Shown here piece after piece: positions 1 through 14,122 of a DNA stretch of 64,000 bases. Positions within the stretch are counted from its first letter, which is position 1; each line of letters opens with the position of its first letter. The stretch is from NCBI RefSeq assembly GCF_006345805.1, contig NC_043007.1, positions 18,166,001 to 18,230,000 of the forward strand, read 5' to 3'. The translations under genes were made by a program, and so were the position numbers. Below the pieces are notes generated by a model. It searched no databases and had not been told where the DNA came from. It was given only the letters and a program-made list of their open reading frames with translations. Origin of the DNA: Octopus sinensis. Its lineage: Eukaryota.

Positions 1-229
1 TTAGATATGATTTCGTTACATTCTTTATCATCTCCAATCTTTGTTGTGATGTCATCTTGGGAAAAATGTAAGACTAACCCTATTCCAACAGTCTGTGGTT
101 TCACAACTGCTTCTGTCCCACCGACATCTCTTTTTGATACTCTCAGAGCTGATTGCAAACACATAACTGTAAAATCAAAACGACTTTCTCTGGACAGCCA
201 GAGATCTATAAATTCTAAGGTTACATGTT

Positions 230-467
230 AGTTAGTTAATTTTTGGCTCAAAAAGCAAAAAGCAAGGCCATGTAGGGGGACATGGAGTTATGTACAGGGT
301 GGTGTTCATGTAAAGAGTTCAGGCCACTTGTGGTCAAGGGAGACTTTGAACCGAGCGGTCGTCGGCATCTTCACCATCTCGTCTGGCAGCTTATTCCACG
401 GATCCGCAACCTGGACGGAGAAAGCCCCTCTCCTTCGATTGAGATGAAATCGTCGCAGATAGAGCTT
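230..467 (-). mobile_element. CR1/L2-group LINE 3' end inserted in the Gypsy RT
   Basis: Minus strand reads KLYLRRFHLNRRRGAFSVQVADPWNKLPDEMVKMPTTARFKVSLDHKWPELFT* (typical CR1 C-terminus), then a (TAAC)n tail. 9-bp TSD ttacatgtt at 221-229 and 468-476. Confidence 0.85.
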
Positions 468-928
468 TTACATGTTTGTTAAAGGAGGATATTAGTGAAG
501 CAAGTCTCCTTGGAGGGCTCAGGTGTTGATTACATCCAGTGATAAACACAAGCACCATACGGCCATTGATTATACAGACAATAAATCACTATACTTTGTT
601 AGATGCCTACACTGTATCAAAGATTGAGGAAACAGTCAGAAAAGTAACACAATGTCTTCAGTACACTTGACTCATAAAGTGGAGTGGAGATATAAAAAAA
701 AAAAGAGAGAGGCTTTACACTGCATTTGCAGCTGGTCATTGTGTGTACCAATTCAGACGGATTCTTAGCTTTCAATGTATAATTGATAACATAATTGATA
801 AAGGAGGAGTCACAGTCACCTTTGCATACATTGACAATGTAAATGTTTGTGGTCAGAACCAGAGTGCCCATGATCACAACATGAAGACATTCTTAGACGC
901 AGTGAGCAAGACACAACCTTAAATGTAT

Positions 929-1169
929 TAATCCATTTGGCTGCAGGATCAAGAATGGATTAACTAAACCAAATCCAAAATGAGGAATATGCCAAATCCA
1001 AAATATGCCAAATCCAAAATGCCGCTGGAATAAGGAGTGGTTGGAGATCACGCAGTCGTTAGCCTCAAATCGCCAGGCCTGGTTGGCGTTTGTGAGAGAT
1101 GCAGCACTGAGGATGAATGAAGGCAGCTCAACCCACCCCGGGTGAATGCTGTCTCAAGACAAGAAGACA
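929..1169 (+). mobile_element. RTE-like LINE 3' fragment
   Basis: RWNKEWLEITQSLASNRQAWLAFVRDA..* followed by a caagacaagaagac tail. TSD aaatgtat at 921-928 and 1170-1177. Gypsy-like sequence resumes after it. Confidence 0.65.
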
Positions 1170-1531
1170 AAATGTATACAACAACTACTCGATCTTCCTC
1201 AACACAAACACACGACATCTATGAAACATGCAATGCGCATGTTTGCTTACTACTCACACTGGATTCTGGAATTTGCCGAGAAACTCCACCCTTTGATTAC
1301 TGCCAGATGCTTTCAGCACTGACTGTTTTTGAACATCTAAAGCAAGACATTGTCAACTCTGGTGCAAAAGCTGTTGATCCCACTGTACTACAGGTGGTTG
1401 AGACCGATGCCTCAGATCATGCCATTGCTGCCACCCTATATCAATCAGGACACCCAGTTGTTTTCTGGTAAAGAACACCTTCAGCTTGTGAGCAGAGACA
1501 ATTTTCTGTGGAAAAGGAAGCCTATTCTATT

Positions 1532-1935
1532 ACTCTTTTACTTGTTTCAGTCATGTGACTGTGGCCATGCTGGAGCACAGCCTTTAGTCGAGCAAATCAA
1601 CCCCACGACTTATTCTTTGTAAACCTAGTACTTATTCTATCGGTCTCTTTTGCCGAACTGCTAAGTTACAGGGACGTAAACACACCACCATTGGTTGTCA
1701 AGCAATGTCGGGGGGGGGGGACAAACACAGACACACAAACATATATAAATATATATATACACACATATATATATGACAGGGATCTTTCAGTTTCCGTCTA
1801 CCAAATCCACTCACAAGGCTTTGGTTGGCCCGAAGCTATAGTAGAAGACACTTGCCCAGGGTGCCATGCAGTGGGACTGAACCTGGAACCATGTGGTTGG
1901 TAAGCAAGCTACTTACCACACAGCCACTCCTACAC
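1532..1935 (-). mobile_element. tRNA-derived SINE, family A (internal (TA)n/(TG)n tract, gagtaaaa tail)
   Basis: Head with A box gtggctgtgtggt and B box ggttcagtccc; conserved 3' half ending gactgaaacaagtaaaagagta; TSD ctatt; many near-identical copies in the window. Confidence 0.9.
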
Positions 1936-2026
1936 CTATTGTAGAATCTTTAAAGAAGTAGGGACACAACTCAACTCTACTACCAATTCCTGTTGGTAAC
2001 AAATCAGAAATCAGATGCCTTCAGGT

Positions 2027-2252
2027 TTAACCCTTTCGTTACCAACCCGGCTGAAACCGGCTCTGGTTCTGTAGAACAAAAGTCTTGTTTTCAAAAATCC
2101 TAAATTAAAATCTTCCACCAAACTTTAGTCACAATTAATGTTGCTAACACTAGCTTAATAATAACTAAATTATTTTACTAAATTCGTTATATTTGAAGTA
2201 ATTGAAAGAAACACAGAGCATCTCAAAATAAATATGGTAACGAAAGGGTTAA
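2027..2252. mobile_element. piggyBac-type MITE, family 1
   Basis: TTAA|ccctttcgttac ... gtaacgaaaggg|TTAA; same family at 61385-61612 and 61826-62053. Confidence 0.88.
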
Positions 2253-2286
2253 TAATAGACAGAACAGCAAAATAAATCTTTGGCAT

Positions 2287-2664
2287 ACTCTTTACTCTCT
2301 TACTTGTTTCAGTCATTTGACTGTGGCCATGCTGGAGCACCGCCTTTAGTCAAGCAAATCGACCCCGGGACTTATTCTTTCTAAGCCCAGTACTTATTCT
2401 ATCAGTCTCTTTTATCGAACCGCTAAGTGACGAGGATGTAAACACACCAGCATCGGTTGTCAAGCAATGCTAGGGGGACAAACAAACACACACATATATA
2501 CGACGGGCTTCTTTCAGTTTCCGTCTACCAAATCCACTCACAAGGCTTTGGTCGGCCCGAGGCTATAGTAGAAGACACTTGCCCAAGATGCCACGCAGTG
2601 GGACTGAACCTGGAACCATGTGGTTGGTAAGCAAGCTACTTACCACACAGCCACTCCTGCGCCT
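2287..2664 (-). mobile_element. SINE family A
   Basis: Full-length copy matching 1532-1935. Confidence 0.9.
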
Positions 2665-2919
2665 ATAGACCTCTCCTGTTTTTAGTATGATATTATTTAT
2701 AGGCCAATGCTGTTGCTGACAATCTGCCTCAGATCTGTGCTGTGAAGTGAGATATAGATGTACTATAGACAGACTACATAAGGATTTGTGTCATCCTTAT
2801 GATGCTTCATTTTGTGCATGCCAGACATCTATATTCTGTAGAGGAAATCAAAAGATTGATCTCTCTATGTTCTACATGCACTAAGATAAAGACCAAGATT
2901 TTATAATACAATACATTGA

Positions 2920-3060
2920 CGTTAGGAAGGGCATCCAACCGTAGAAACCAAGCCAAAACAGACTGGAGCCTGGTGCAGCTCTTCAACTTACCAGTTCCAG
3001 TGAAACTGTCTAACCCATGCCAGCATGGAAAGCAGAAGCTAAAGGATGATGATGATGATG
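2920..3060 (+). mobile_element. 3' fragment of the (GAT)n-tailed retroposon (family D)
   Basis: gttaggaagggcatcc...ccatgccagcatggaaa...(gat)n, matching the 3' end of 44165-44575. Confidence 0.75.
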
Positions 3061-3132
3061 AATATCTGCTCAAGTGATAAAAGGTACTTAGATTTTTGAG
3101 AGACTAGGTCTTGATTTTAAGGGATCTCTCAA

Positions 3133-3539
3133 CTCTCTTACTCTTTACTCTATCTTACTTGTTTCAGTCATTTGACTGTGGCCATGCTGGAGCACCGCCT
3201 TTAGTCAAGCAAATCGACCCCAGGACTTATTCTTTGTGAGCCTAGTACTTATTCTATTGGTCTCTTTTGCTGAACTGCTAAGTTATGGGGACGTAAACGC
3301 ACCACCATTGGTTGTCAAGTAAGGTGGGGGGGGACAAACACAGACACACAAACATATACACACTCATACATATATACGACGGGCTTCTTTCAGTTTCCGT
3401 CTACTAAATCCACTCACAAGGCTTTGGTCGACCCAAGGCTATAATAGAAGACACTTGCCCAAGGTGCCACACAGTGGGAATGAACCCGGAACCATGTGGT
3501 TGGTAAGCAAGCTACTTACCACCCAGCCACTCCTGCGCC
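3133..3539 (-). mobile_element. SINE family A
   Basis: Full-length copy inside the Gypsy integrase. Confidence 0.9.
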
Positions 3540-3957
3540 TGTATATATAAAAAAAAACTAAATATAAAAAAAGATATTGTGGATGAATTCTTGAGGTTCC
3601 CTTTTGCTTTCCACAATGTAGATTTGACTAACAAAACTATTATGAAAGTGTTTATCAAAACTCTTCTCAATTTTTGGAATGTCATTGTATATTTATTCAG
3701 ATCGTGGTACATCTTTTAAGTGAGAGGATTTACAACAATTCTAGCACCGATGAGGTATATCTACTAGCAGACCAACTCTTACAATCTACAAAAGAATGGA
3801 CAAACAGAACGATATAATGGAATCCTTTGGAGAACAATAACACAGGCCCTAAAATTACAACAATTGTAATTTTTAGAATGGGAACTAGTTCTTCCTAATG
3901 CATTCCATTCAAACTGTTCTCTACCCTCAGCTTCAATAAACTGTACCCCACATGAAT

Positions 3958-4135
3958 GTCCGTTTTCCATGCTCGCATGGGTTGGACAGTTCGACTGGGA
4001 TCTGGGAAGCCAGGAGGCTACACCAAGCTCCAGTCTGATCTGGCAGTGTCTCTACAGCTGGATGCCCTTTCTAATGCCAACCACTCCGTGAGTGTAGTGG
4101 GTGCTTTTTACGTGCCACCAGCATGGAAGTCAGTC
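3958..4135 (-). mobile_element. Family D retroposon 3' fragment
   Basis: Reverse complement of the family D 3' end, including one ggtggcacgtaaaaagcacc unit. Confidence 0.8.
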
Positions 4136-4260
4136 ATTGTACAATAAATATTTTGTGTCTGTATCATTGTTTTTAAGTGTTTGTTTAATTTTGCTATGTT
4201 GGCTGACATGTGAAAATCTGAAAGGTGGAAAGAATGAGCCATAAACCTGTTATTATAGAA

Positions 4261-4480
4261 TTAACCCTTTAGTATTTAAACCGGCCATATCCGGCCAAAA
4301 TATTTAATCTGTTTTATGTTCAAACTGACCAGATCCAGGCTCTCACACCTACCCTTATTCTACATTAAGTAATTACACCATCAAGATCTTGAAGATATGA
4401 GATAATGCATGATTAATTCAAATCAATGGGAATCAATAAGCATTATGTTTGATAGAATAATCTGAACACTAAAGGGTTAA
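4261..4480. mobile_element. piggyBac-type MITE, family 2
   Basis: TTAA|ccctttagt ... actaaaggg|TTAA; relatives at 56859-57087 and (interrupted) 20450-21210. Confidence 0.85.
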
Positions 4481-4852
4481 ATAACCTCTCTCATTTTGGG
4501 GGGGGGCTATAAAAGATCTCTCATTTTGGGGGCTATAATGGATCAGTCTTTCTTTGAGGTCTTCTTTCAGTTTGTAGCAGACACAATATATGTTTTGTTA
4601 AATGGTGAACAAAACCCAAGAAAAGAAAACTAGTCTTAATTTATGTCAAGTATATAATGTTATTTCAAATATTTATGAACTAAAGATGAATATCTGAGCC
4701 AAACCCAGTCTTATGAATTAGCTTACTCCAATTACACAGTAATTAAAGAGTATGCAGTACAAATAATTAAGATGTAAAGTAAGCAGAAGGAAAAAAAAAA
4801 ATTAGAACTTCTTCACAAAATAGATCTACTTCAGATTTTCTTTTCAACTTCA

Positions 4853-5270
4853 GGTGTGGCTGTTACAGTTAATAAGCTTACTTCTCAACCGTGTAGACTC
4901 CAGTCAGTTCCTCTGCGTGGCACTTTGGCCAAGTGTCTTCTACTACAGCGCAGGGCCAATCAAAGCCTTGTGAGTGGATTTGATAGATGGAAACTGAAAG
5001 AAGGCCATTGTGTGTGTGTGTGTGTGAATGTATGCTCTTGTCCTTACATCATGTGATGGTTGTATATGAAAATCATTGTCACACAAATTATGTTAACAAT
5101 GTTGTTCATTTCTACGCTTCTATGGAAAAACATATCTGGCCATGGGAAATATTACCTTCTTGGAAACAAAGGTTGGGAACAGGAAAGGTCGTAGAAAATC
5201 TGCCTCAACAATTTCTGTCTGACCCATGCAAGCATAGAAAAATGGATGTCAAATGACAATGATGATGATA
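4853..5270 (+). mobile_element. SINE with family A head but alternative 3' half ending in (GAT)n
   Basis: Family A tRNA head, (TG)n, then a different body ending catgcaagcatagaaaaatggatgtcaaatgacaatgatgat; related minus-strand pieces at 15640-15900 and 36320-36540. Confidence 0.7.
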
Positions 5271-5320
5271 AATTTAGATTTTTGAAAAAAAATATAACTG
5301 GAAAAGAAAATGTATATATA

Positions 5321-5670
5321 GGCACAAGAATTACTGTGTGGTTGCTTCCCAATCACATGGTACCAGGTTCAGTCCCACAGTGTGGTACCTTAGGCAAGTG
5401 TCTTCTACTATAGCCTTAAGCCAACCAAAGACTTGTGATTGGATTTGGTAGAAGGAAACTGAAAGAAGCCCATATATATGTATTTGTGTGTGTGTATGTC
5501 CCACCACCATCGCTTGACAACCAATGTTGCTGTGTTTATGTCCTTATGACTTAGCGGTTTGGCAAAACAGACCAATAGAATAAGTACAAAGAATAAGTTC
5601 TGGGGTTGATATGTTCGACTAAAGGTGGTGCTCCAGCATGGCCGCAGTCAAATGACTGAAACAAAAGAGT
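5321..5670 (+). mobile_element. SINE family A (diverged)
   Basis: Head, microsatellite and tail all recognisable. Confidence 0.85.
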
Positions 5671-6732
5671 ATTTCAGAATTAGAAAATTTACTCCAGTTT
5701 TGAAACCCGACATTTGACAGTTTGCAGAATGTATGCATTGAAACAGAAATCAAAAACCTCTCAAATCACACAGCTTAAAAAAAAGGAAGACAGAGACACT
5801 TGAAATAGTGTCATAAACAAAAATAATATGGCTACGGCTGGAATGCTTCTGAATTTGTACTCAACCTGGGTTGACATGGGATTAAATAAGATACAATGGT
5901 AAGACAGATGGCTCAGGTGTCACACTGTCTAGTCAGAGGTTCACTAGTTCAAATCTACTGCATGTATTTCCTTGTGTTGCTACACTCTCTCGGTTCACTA
6001 TACTAGTGAAATGAATGTGGGGGCCCGGAGTCCTCCAGCTGTTTCAGTTTCTTTTAATATTGAATCCAGTTTGAGGATTGTCTTTTTCTCACCAGTATCA
6101 AAGGCCCTACAGGACATGGACACTGCCTTCTTCACTGATTGAAATGCAAATAAAATACGATATGGATATAAACAGATACTCTTGGGAGCTACATTCCAAG
6201 ACTAAACTACACGGGAAAGCGTGTAGATGAGTGAGAAGTAACCAAAGAGGTGTGCAAGATAATCAGAAAGGGGTCTGTAGATGAATATGGAGTATCCAGA
6301 GAAAGGGAGTTGGAGAGATGTATGAAGGAAAAGGTGAGTTAGTTCGATAGAGAGACATGGAAATGGGAGACAAGTGACTACTGAGAGAGACAGACAGACA
6401 GGTGAGCAGAATCAGAAAACTGTACACGATAACTGAAGTTAGACCATACTTTTAGATACAGGTTAACCCGATCGTGTAGACAGTCACATTACCACAGACA
6501 TTGGCGACCTGATTATAACAGGGGGTGGGGTGAGTGAGAGAGAGAGAGAGAGTACATAGTCATCATTTTTTAAGGCGGTACTTAGATTAACCAAATTTTT
6601 TTTGTGAAAGGTAACGGAAGACCGTTTGCACTTCATCATTTCATTGCAATCCATGAAACACCCCCATAACTAAACATTCCAACTACCAGAATATGGATAA
6701 ACGGCAATAATTTTTTTCTAAAGTAATGAGAA

Positions 6733-8610
<1,878 letters not shown>

Positions 8611-11208
8611 TGAGTGAGAGAGAAAGGCGTATTTTGTACTAGATGCAGCGACATAGCAGATGACAGTTCTCTAAGATTAGTAATAATAGTCAATGGCGAA
8701 AGACAAATGGTTCCAATAATATTTATAGATGAAGGGAACTTGAGAATTTGCTGCCACCATTAATGATGACATTAAATGGAACGATCCAAGCATAAGAAAG
8801 GAGACACGCGACGTATGAATGAGCATTAAATAGGCTTTGACTCTATAATAATGGTATATACTGGTGCCAATATTTTGAGCATCTAATGTATGTATATATA
8901 TGCAAGTCAATAATTTAATTTGTCGTTTTGTTCTACATATAATATAAATGATGGTTTGTCTAATTCCTATATTTATACATGAAACTAAGACGTGGTCAGT
9001 CTAAGAACAAAAGTCAATGGATCTTGTGAAAAGTTTTGAAACTTCTGTGATTAAATAAAAAATAATAATATGACTAAGCGGAACCCTGAACGGCACATGT
9101 GACATGTTCGACAGGTACTCTAAAGTAGATGCCATGGGTTATGTTTTTGGTAATTCAAGCAAACTCGTAAATGTGCGCAGACTAGTTCTAATGACGGGCA
9201 AGCTAAACGATGTTCAATCATTTCTATGGTTTCTTGGTCGAAATTATCTGTTTAAGACAACCGGTAAGATGTCTAAGGTTCCTTGAGTTTTGAACCGTAT
9301 ATAGATATTTTTACGTGTTACATATAAAATTTATTAAGTAGGTAATCTATTACAACTATTTCAAGATATTACTGTATTTTTTCCCAAAGGTTAGCATTTG
9401 AAGAAATACAACAATGTGTTGAAAGAATTGTACAGTTGTCAGGCATCGACTAATTAATGAAGGAAATATCGATTCTGCATCAGAAATGCATTGAGTACTT
9501 TCTCGAGTTAGGCCTACCCGATCAATGATTGAGACATGTAATTGATATATATATATATATATAATATATATATATATAATACATACAGGTAATGCTGAAT
9601 ATTAGGCAGCAGCTAGACTGATGTATAGACGAAGAAAGTCATCAGTCTAAGATATTTAGGCAAGCTGGAGACGGGTTTGAGCTACAAGAATCTCTTGTGA
9701 ATCTCCGACAACTCCCAAGTCTCCTTCTCTACCAAAATGAATCTGTCCAAATATAGTAACGTAGATTGTGCAACTAAACTGAGATGTTAAGAGAAGTACT
9801 ACAGAGCTGTCAGAGAAAACACGACAACGGAACAAACCATTACCATTATTATTATTATTATTTTCTGTTTAATAAAAGAAAATGTCATTCTTATTACTGA
9901 ACTGTTGATCTCGACAAGTGATGATGATGACCAAAGGAAAAGCCAAATCATTCAATGGGATTCTCTTGTGACGAAAGAGGATGTAGGAAATACGTCTGTA
10001 GAAAATTGTCGGTTCCTTTTCTCATCATGAAAACATGTGAGACAGAGAGAGAGAGAGAGAGACACACACACACACAGATGGAAAGAGACAGAGAAAGACA
10101 GAGATGGAAAGAGACAGAGCTAGGAAGAGAGAGAAGGAGAGAGTGCGAAAGAGAAAGAGGGGTGATGAAGCTGTGTGTAAATGTGACGTCAAAAGGTGGG
10201 AAGTGGGTTTGAAATGAGGGGAGACCAGACAAATATCGAAGCAGATGGTTTTCATAGAAAGTGAGGGGGGGGGGAGCTGTGTTGCATTTGTGGTTTATCA
10301 TAAAAACAGCTAAAACAGATGGTGGTAATTACATAAACAGAAACATTTTAAATGACAGAGAAAGACAGATGATTAAAGACAAAGATATTAATTATTTATT
10401 GTAGGTGGAGTTTTAGTCTACCTTTTACAAAGTCTGGCGATAAAGATAGGTGTTCGGAGTCCACAGAAATGTATGTAGACAATGTAGGTGTCCTCATGAC
10501 AATATACATACATATGTACGAATGTCCGTGTGATTAATATACATATGCATAGATAATTATGTATGTATATATATACAGATAGGTATGTATAATTATATAA
10601 ATGTCTGTTATATAAATATGAATGCATCTATAAAAGGTACAAAGAGGTATATGCGCAACTGTAGATGGGTAAAAATGATACTAATGTAGAATATGTGAAA
10701 CAACGGTGTGTATAAGATGAAACTATAAACTTGAGTAAATATATATAACATTATACCATTATGCTTGGGTAACATATAGAAACACATATCGGCATGTGAA
10801 ATAGACAGACGGATAGAAATGGCGGGTATTTAAACACACACATATAAACCATTTCCCATACGCAAGAGAAAGTGAAAGAAAAAATTATGGTCTTAAAGCA
10901 ACGAACACACACGTGTGTGTATGTGTATGAGGAACAAAGTCGTAGGTGGGGGGTACGCTTGTGTAGTTATACCTTTACATGAATATTAAAGAGAAAATGT
11001 TTGAGAGATGTACGTTAAAATTGGTAAAATAGTCGTTAACCATTGATGTAGAGTGAAATTATAATGTAAAACTGAGAACCCTGAAGCCATTCGTTTCTTG
11101 AAACTTCAATTCCAAGGAAAAATGTGAACCAATATTTTAAATGTACCCCAAAAAGTGTAGTAGGGGAGGAAGCTCCCCTTGAAAAATAATCATAGCTGGT
11201 CAACTTAC

Positions 11209-11278
11209 TATGTTGTGAGGTATCCAGTATGAGAGCCATTGTACAAAATACGTCATGTTGGAGGCATGTGCGCTCCAT
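11209..11278 (-). other. Candidate first (coding?) exon end of an unidentified host transcript
   Basis: ATG at 11278 opens MERTCLQHDVFCTMALILDTSQH and is followed by a perfect GTAAGT donor (11208-11203), downstream of a long TE-free CT/CAG-rich region. No protein similarity recognised. Confidence 0.3.
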
Positions 11279-11369
11279 AAGAGGAGAGAGAGGAGACGGA
11301 AGAAATCATTTCATCGCTTCATCGTACGTTTGTTGTCTCCGTAAAAACAATGATTTCTAAACACGCGGT

Positions 11370-12747
11370 GCTGCTGCTGCTGATGTTCACCGCTTCCACT
11401 GTCACTCTGACTATTAAGAGAGAGAGAGAGAGGGGAAGCGAGAGAGATGAAGGGAGAGAGAGAGAGAGAGAGAGAGAGAGGAAGGGAGGGAGGGAGAGAA
11501 AGAACAAGGAGGAGAAAGTAATGTAGACTGGGGTTGCTGCTGCTGCTGCTGAGAATGCCTCCACTCTATCTTGGAATAGAAAGGGAGTAAAAACAGAGAG
11601 AGAGAGAGAGAGGAGAGCAAGGGAGGAGAGAAAAAAAAGGAGAAAGAGAGGAGACAGAGAGAGAGGAAGAGGAGGTTGAGATAGTTAGATAGCAGAAGAT
11701 GTGAAGGAGTGGGTAAACTGCAGAGTATTGTTGCTGACACCACTTCCACTGTCACTATCTTGAAATAAGAAAGGAGAGAGAGAGAGAGAGAGAGTGAGAG
11801 GGGAAGGGAGAAAGGGGAGGAGGAGAGACTGACAGAAAAGGATTCAGTTAAATTGTAGAAGAGATGGAGGATGACGAGAAAGAACTGCAGAATGTTATTG
11901 TTGCTGTCATCGGCGCCATCGCCGCCGCCGTCTCTGTTTTAGAATGAAGAGTGAGGGAGAGAGGAACGGAGGGGGGTGAGAAGCAGTAAAAGAACGGGAG
12001 GAGGAGAATTCGGGGTGGGTGAACAGTGCAGTCTGTTGCTGCTGCTATTGAGAGAGAAAAATGTGTGTATGTGCATGAGTGTGTGTGTCTGTGTATGTGT
12101 GAGAGAAAGAGAGAGACTGTCAGAATGCAGGGGGAAAAAAAACGGTGCACACTGCTGTTGTTTTTGCTGCTGTTGTCTCCACTGCTAATAATGGATGAAG
12201 AAGGAGACAGAAAAAGAGGCAAGAATTCTGTGTAGTAGGATTGAAGCTGCTGCTGCTGCTAAGTCTAACTAAAATAAAGAGTAAGGGAGAAGGAGAAGGG
12301 ATAAAGGGAGCAGACGGAGAAGGGCTGTGTCTGTTGCTGCAGCTTGTGAAATGTGAAAGATGACAATGATGGTGATGATAAGAGGAGATAATAGTGGTGA
12401 TGGTGGCGGCGGCGGTGGTGATGGTAGTAGTGGCGGTGGTGGTGGTGGCGATGGTGGTGGTGGGGGTGAAGTAGTATAACAACAAGGAGTGTTGTTATTT
12501 CTGCTGTTGCTGCTGCCGAATCAGGCGGGGTTTTTTTCTGAGAATGAAAGAAGAGGCAAACACGGAAAGAGAGAGAGAAAGAGCGAGAGAGAGAGAGAAG
12601 TTTAACTTTTAGTGATAAGTAGAAGAAGCAAAACAAGTTTAAAGAAAATAAAGAGTTGTAAGTGTAAGATAACGAGAAAAGTTTAAAAAGACGGCAGAAG
12701 GAAGAACTGGGGATAAAAAAAGGCGATTTTAAGAAAATTTAGACAGA

Positions 12748-12783
<36 letters not shown>

Positions 12784-13700
12784 AAAGTAGTGATATGAAA
12801 GAGGAGTAGTAGGAGAAATTATTGGTAGAAAAAGGAGACGAGAATGAGAAAAGCATTGAGAGAGATAGGGTTAGAAAGTAACGTTTGAAAGAGGGCAGCA
12901 GGAGAAAAATTTCGGTGGAAAGAGGAGTGCGAATGAGTGAGAGGGATATGAACAGATACTAACGTTTGAAAGAGAGGTAGTGGAAGAGGGGAAAATTATT
13001 GATAGAAAGTGGAATAGTAATGGGGGGAAAAAAAACCATTGAGAGGGGTAGTGTTAGAAAGTAACGTTTGAAGGAGGAATAGTAGTAGAAATTATTGGTA
13101 GAAAGAATGATGGGGGGATAAGACAAGGAAAAAAAAACGTAGTGAGAGATAGGGATACAAATTAAGGATATGAAGAGAGTTGTAGGAGAGGATGAGGATA
13201 GAAAGAAAAGGTCAAAGTAAGAGTTTAAAAAAATTATAGGGAGAAAGTGAAAGAATGGTATTTTTACTGATGAAAGAGAAAGTGAGAGTAAGAGAGATAG
13301 CCGAGCGAAGAGAAGCTGCTGCCAGTGAGTTCTGATAGTGTTAATAATGCGGTAAACTATGTCTAGCGTAGTCTCGTCTGGCGGCTTTTAAAAAAAAAAG
13401 AGTGAGTGTGTGGCTACAGAAGGAGAGTTCAGGGGGGAAAACGGTAAATTTATTGGTGTCAAGAAGAAGATAGGAGGAAGAAATCTAAAGAAGCATCTCT
13501 CCCGAATTAAGTTATTATGAGTGGGTGGGGGGAGAAAATGTGTTGGGGGGGGGGTAGAGATGAAAAACTTTGGCGAAATAAGAAGAGTAGAAGAAGAAAA
13601 AGAGATTAAGAGGAAAAGGGAAAAAGTTTGCGAAAAAGATTAGAGCGCTTAAAAGACGACGAGAGAGGATACATAAAAAGAACTTTATTGACACACAAAT
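11370..13700. repeat. TE-free low-complexity island: (GA)n, (GCT)n, (GGT)n tracts and degenerate ~90-100-bp repeats containing taacgtttgaa
   Basis: Seen directly; taacgtttgaa recurs at about 12879, 12960 and 13062. Confidence 0.8.
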
Positions 13701-13787
13701 ATAGCTTTATGGACAAACATGTACACATGTGTTGATATATATATATATATATACACACACACATATATGTATATATATATATATATA

Positions 13788-13922
13788 TTCAAATTCCGCC
13801 GAGGTTGACTTTGCCTTTCATCCTTTCGGGGTCGATAAATAAAGTACCAGTTTTGCATTGGGGTCGATGTAATCGACTTAATCCCTTTGTTTGTCCCCTC
13901 TATGTTTTGCCCCTTGTGGGCA

Positions 13923-13925
<3 letters not shown>
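13788..13925 (+). mobile_element. SINE family B, 5'-truncated, between (TA)n and (GATA)n
   Basis: ttcaaattccgccgaggttgactttgcctttcatcctttcggggtcgataaat core and gccccttgtgggcaata tail. Confidence 0.85.
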
Positions 13926-13994
<69 letters not shown>

Positions 13995-13998
13995 ACAC

Positions 13999-14122
13999 AC
14001 TAGCGTAGCGGGGGCGGTCCATCTCCGGGCGGCACTTTTAATGGGGCACCACCTTTGGGTCTGCTATAGGCAATATGTGTTTTTTGTAGGGTCCGGGGTG
14101 GCACACACTCTAGCCACACTAG
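13999..14122. mobile_element. Short GC-rich MITE-like element (hAT-like, tentative)
   Basis: Imperfect TIRs ctagcgtagc / gccacactag; diverged relatives at about 16760-16892 and 18075-18205. Confidence 0.45.

Larger units (their letters stand above)
1..3960 (+). mobile_element. Decayed Ty3/Gypsy LTR-retrotransposon pol (RT-RNaseH-integrase), interrupted by nested insertions
   Basis: Manual translation across the insertions gives SPWRAQVLI..AIDY..TINHYTLLDAY and TFAYIDNVNVCG (RT, YxDD-equivalent), VETDASDHAIAATL..SVEKEAYSI..NQKS (RNase H), LHKDLCHP..CSTC (HHCC), and FERLGLDFKG..VDEFLRFPFAF..YSDRGTSF..NGQTERYNG (integrase DDE). Domains are in Gypsy order, with many stops and frameshifts. Confidence 0.9.

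Noticed and set aside
4835-4856. Strong plus-strand splice acceptor ttttcttttcaacttcag
   Set aside because: It leads directly into a SINE, with no matching donor or reading frame.
13920-13992. SINE B ending in (GATA)n as evidence of a shared target with the Tx1 element
   Set aside because: The orientation relative to the repeat is opposite to that of the Tx1 copy; more simply an expanded A-rich tail.
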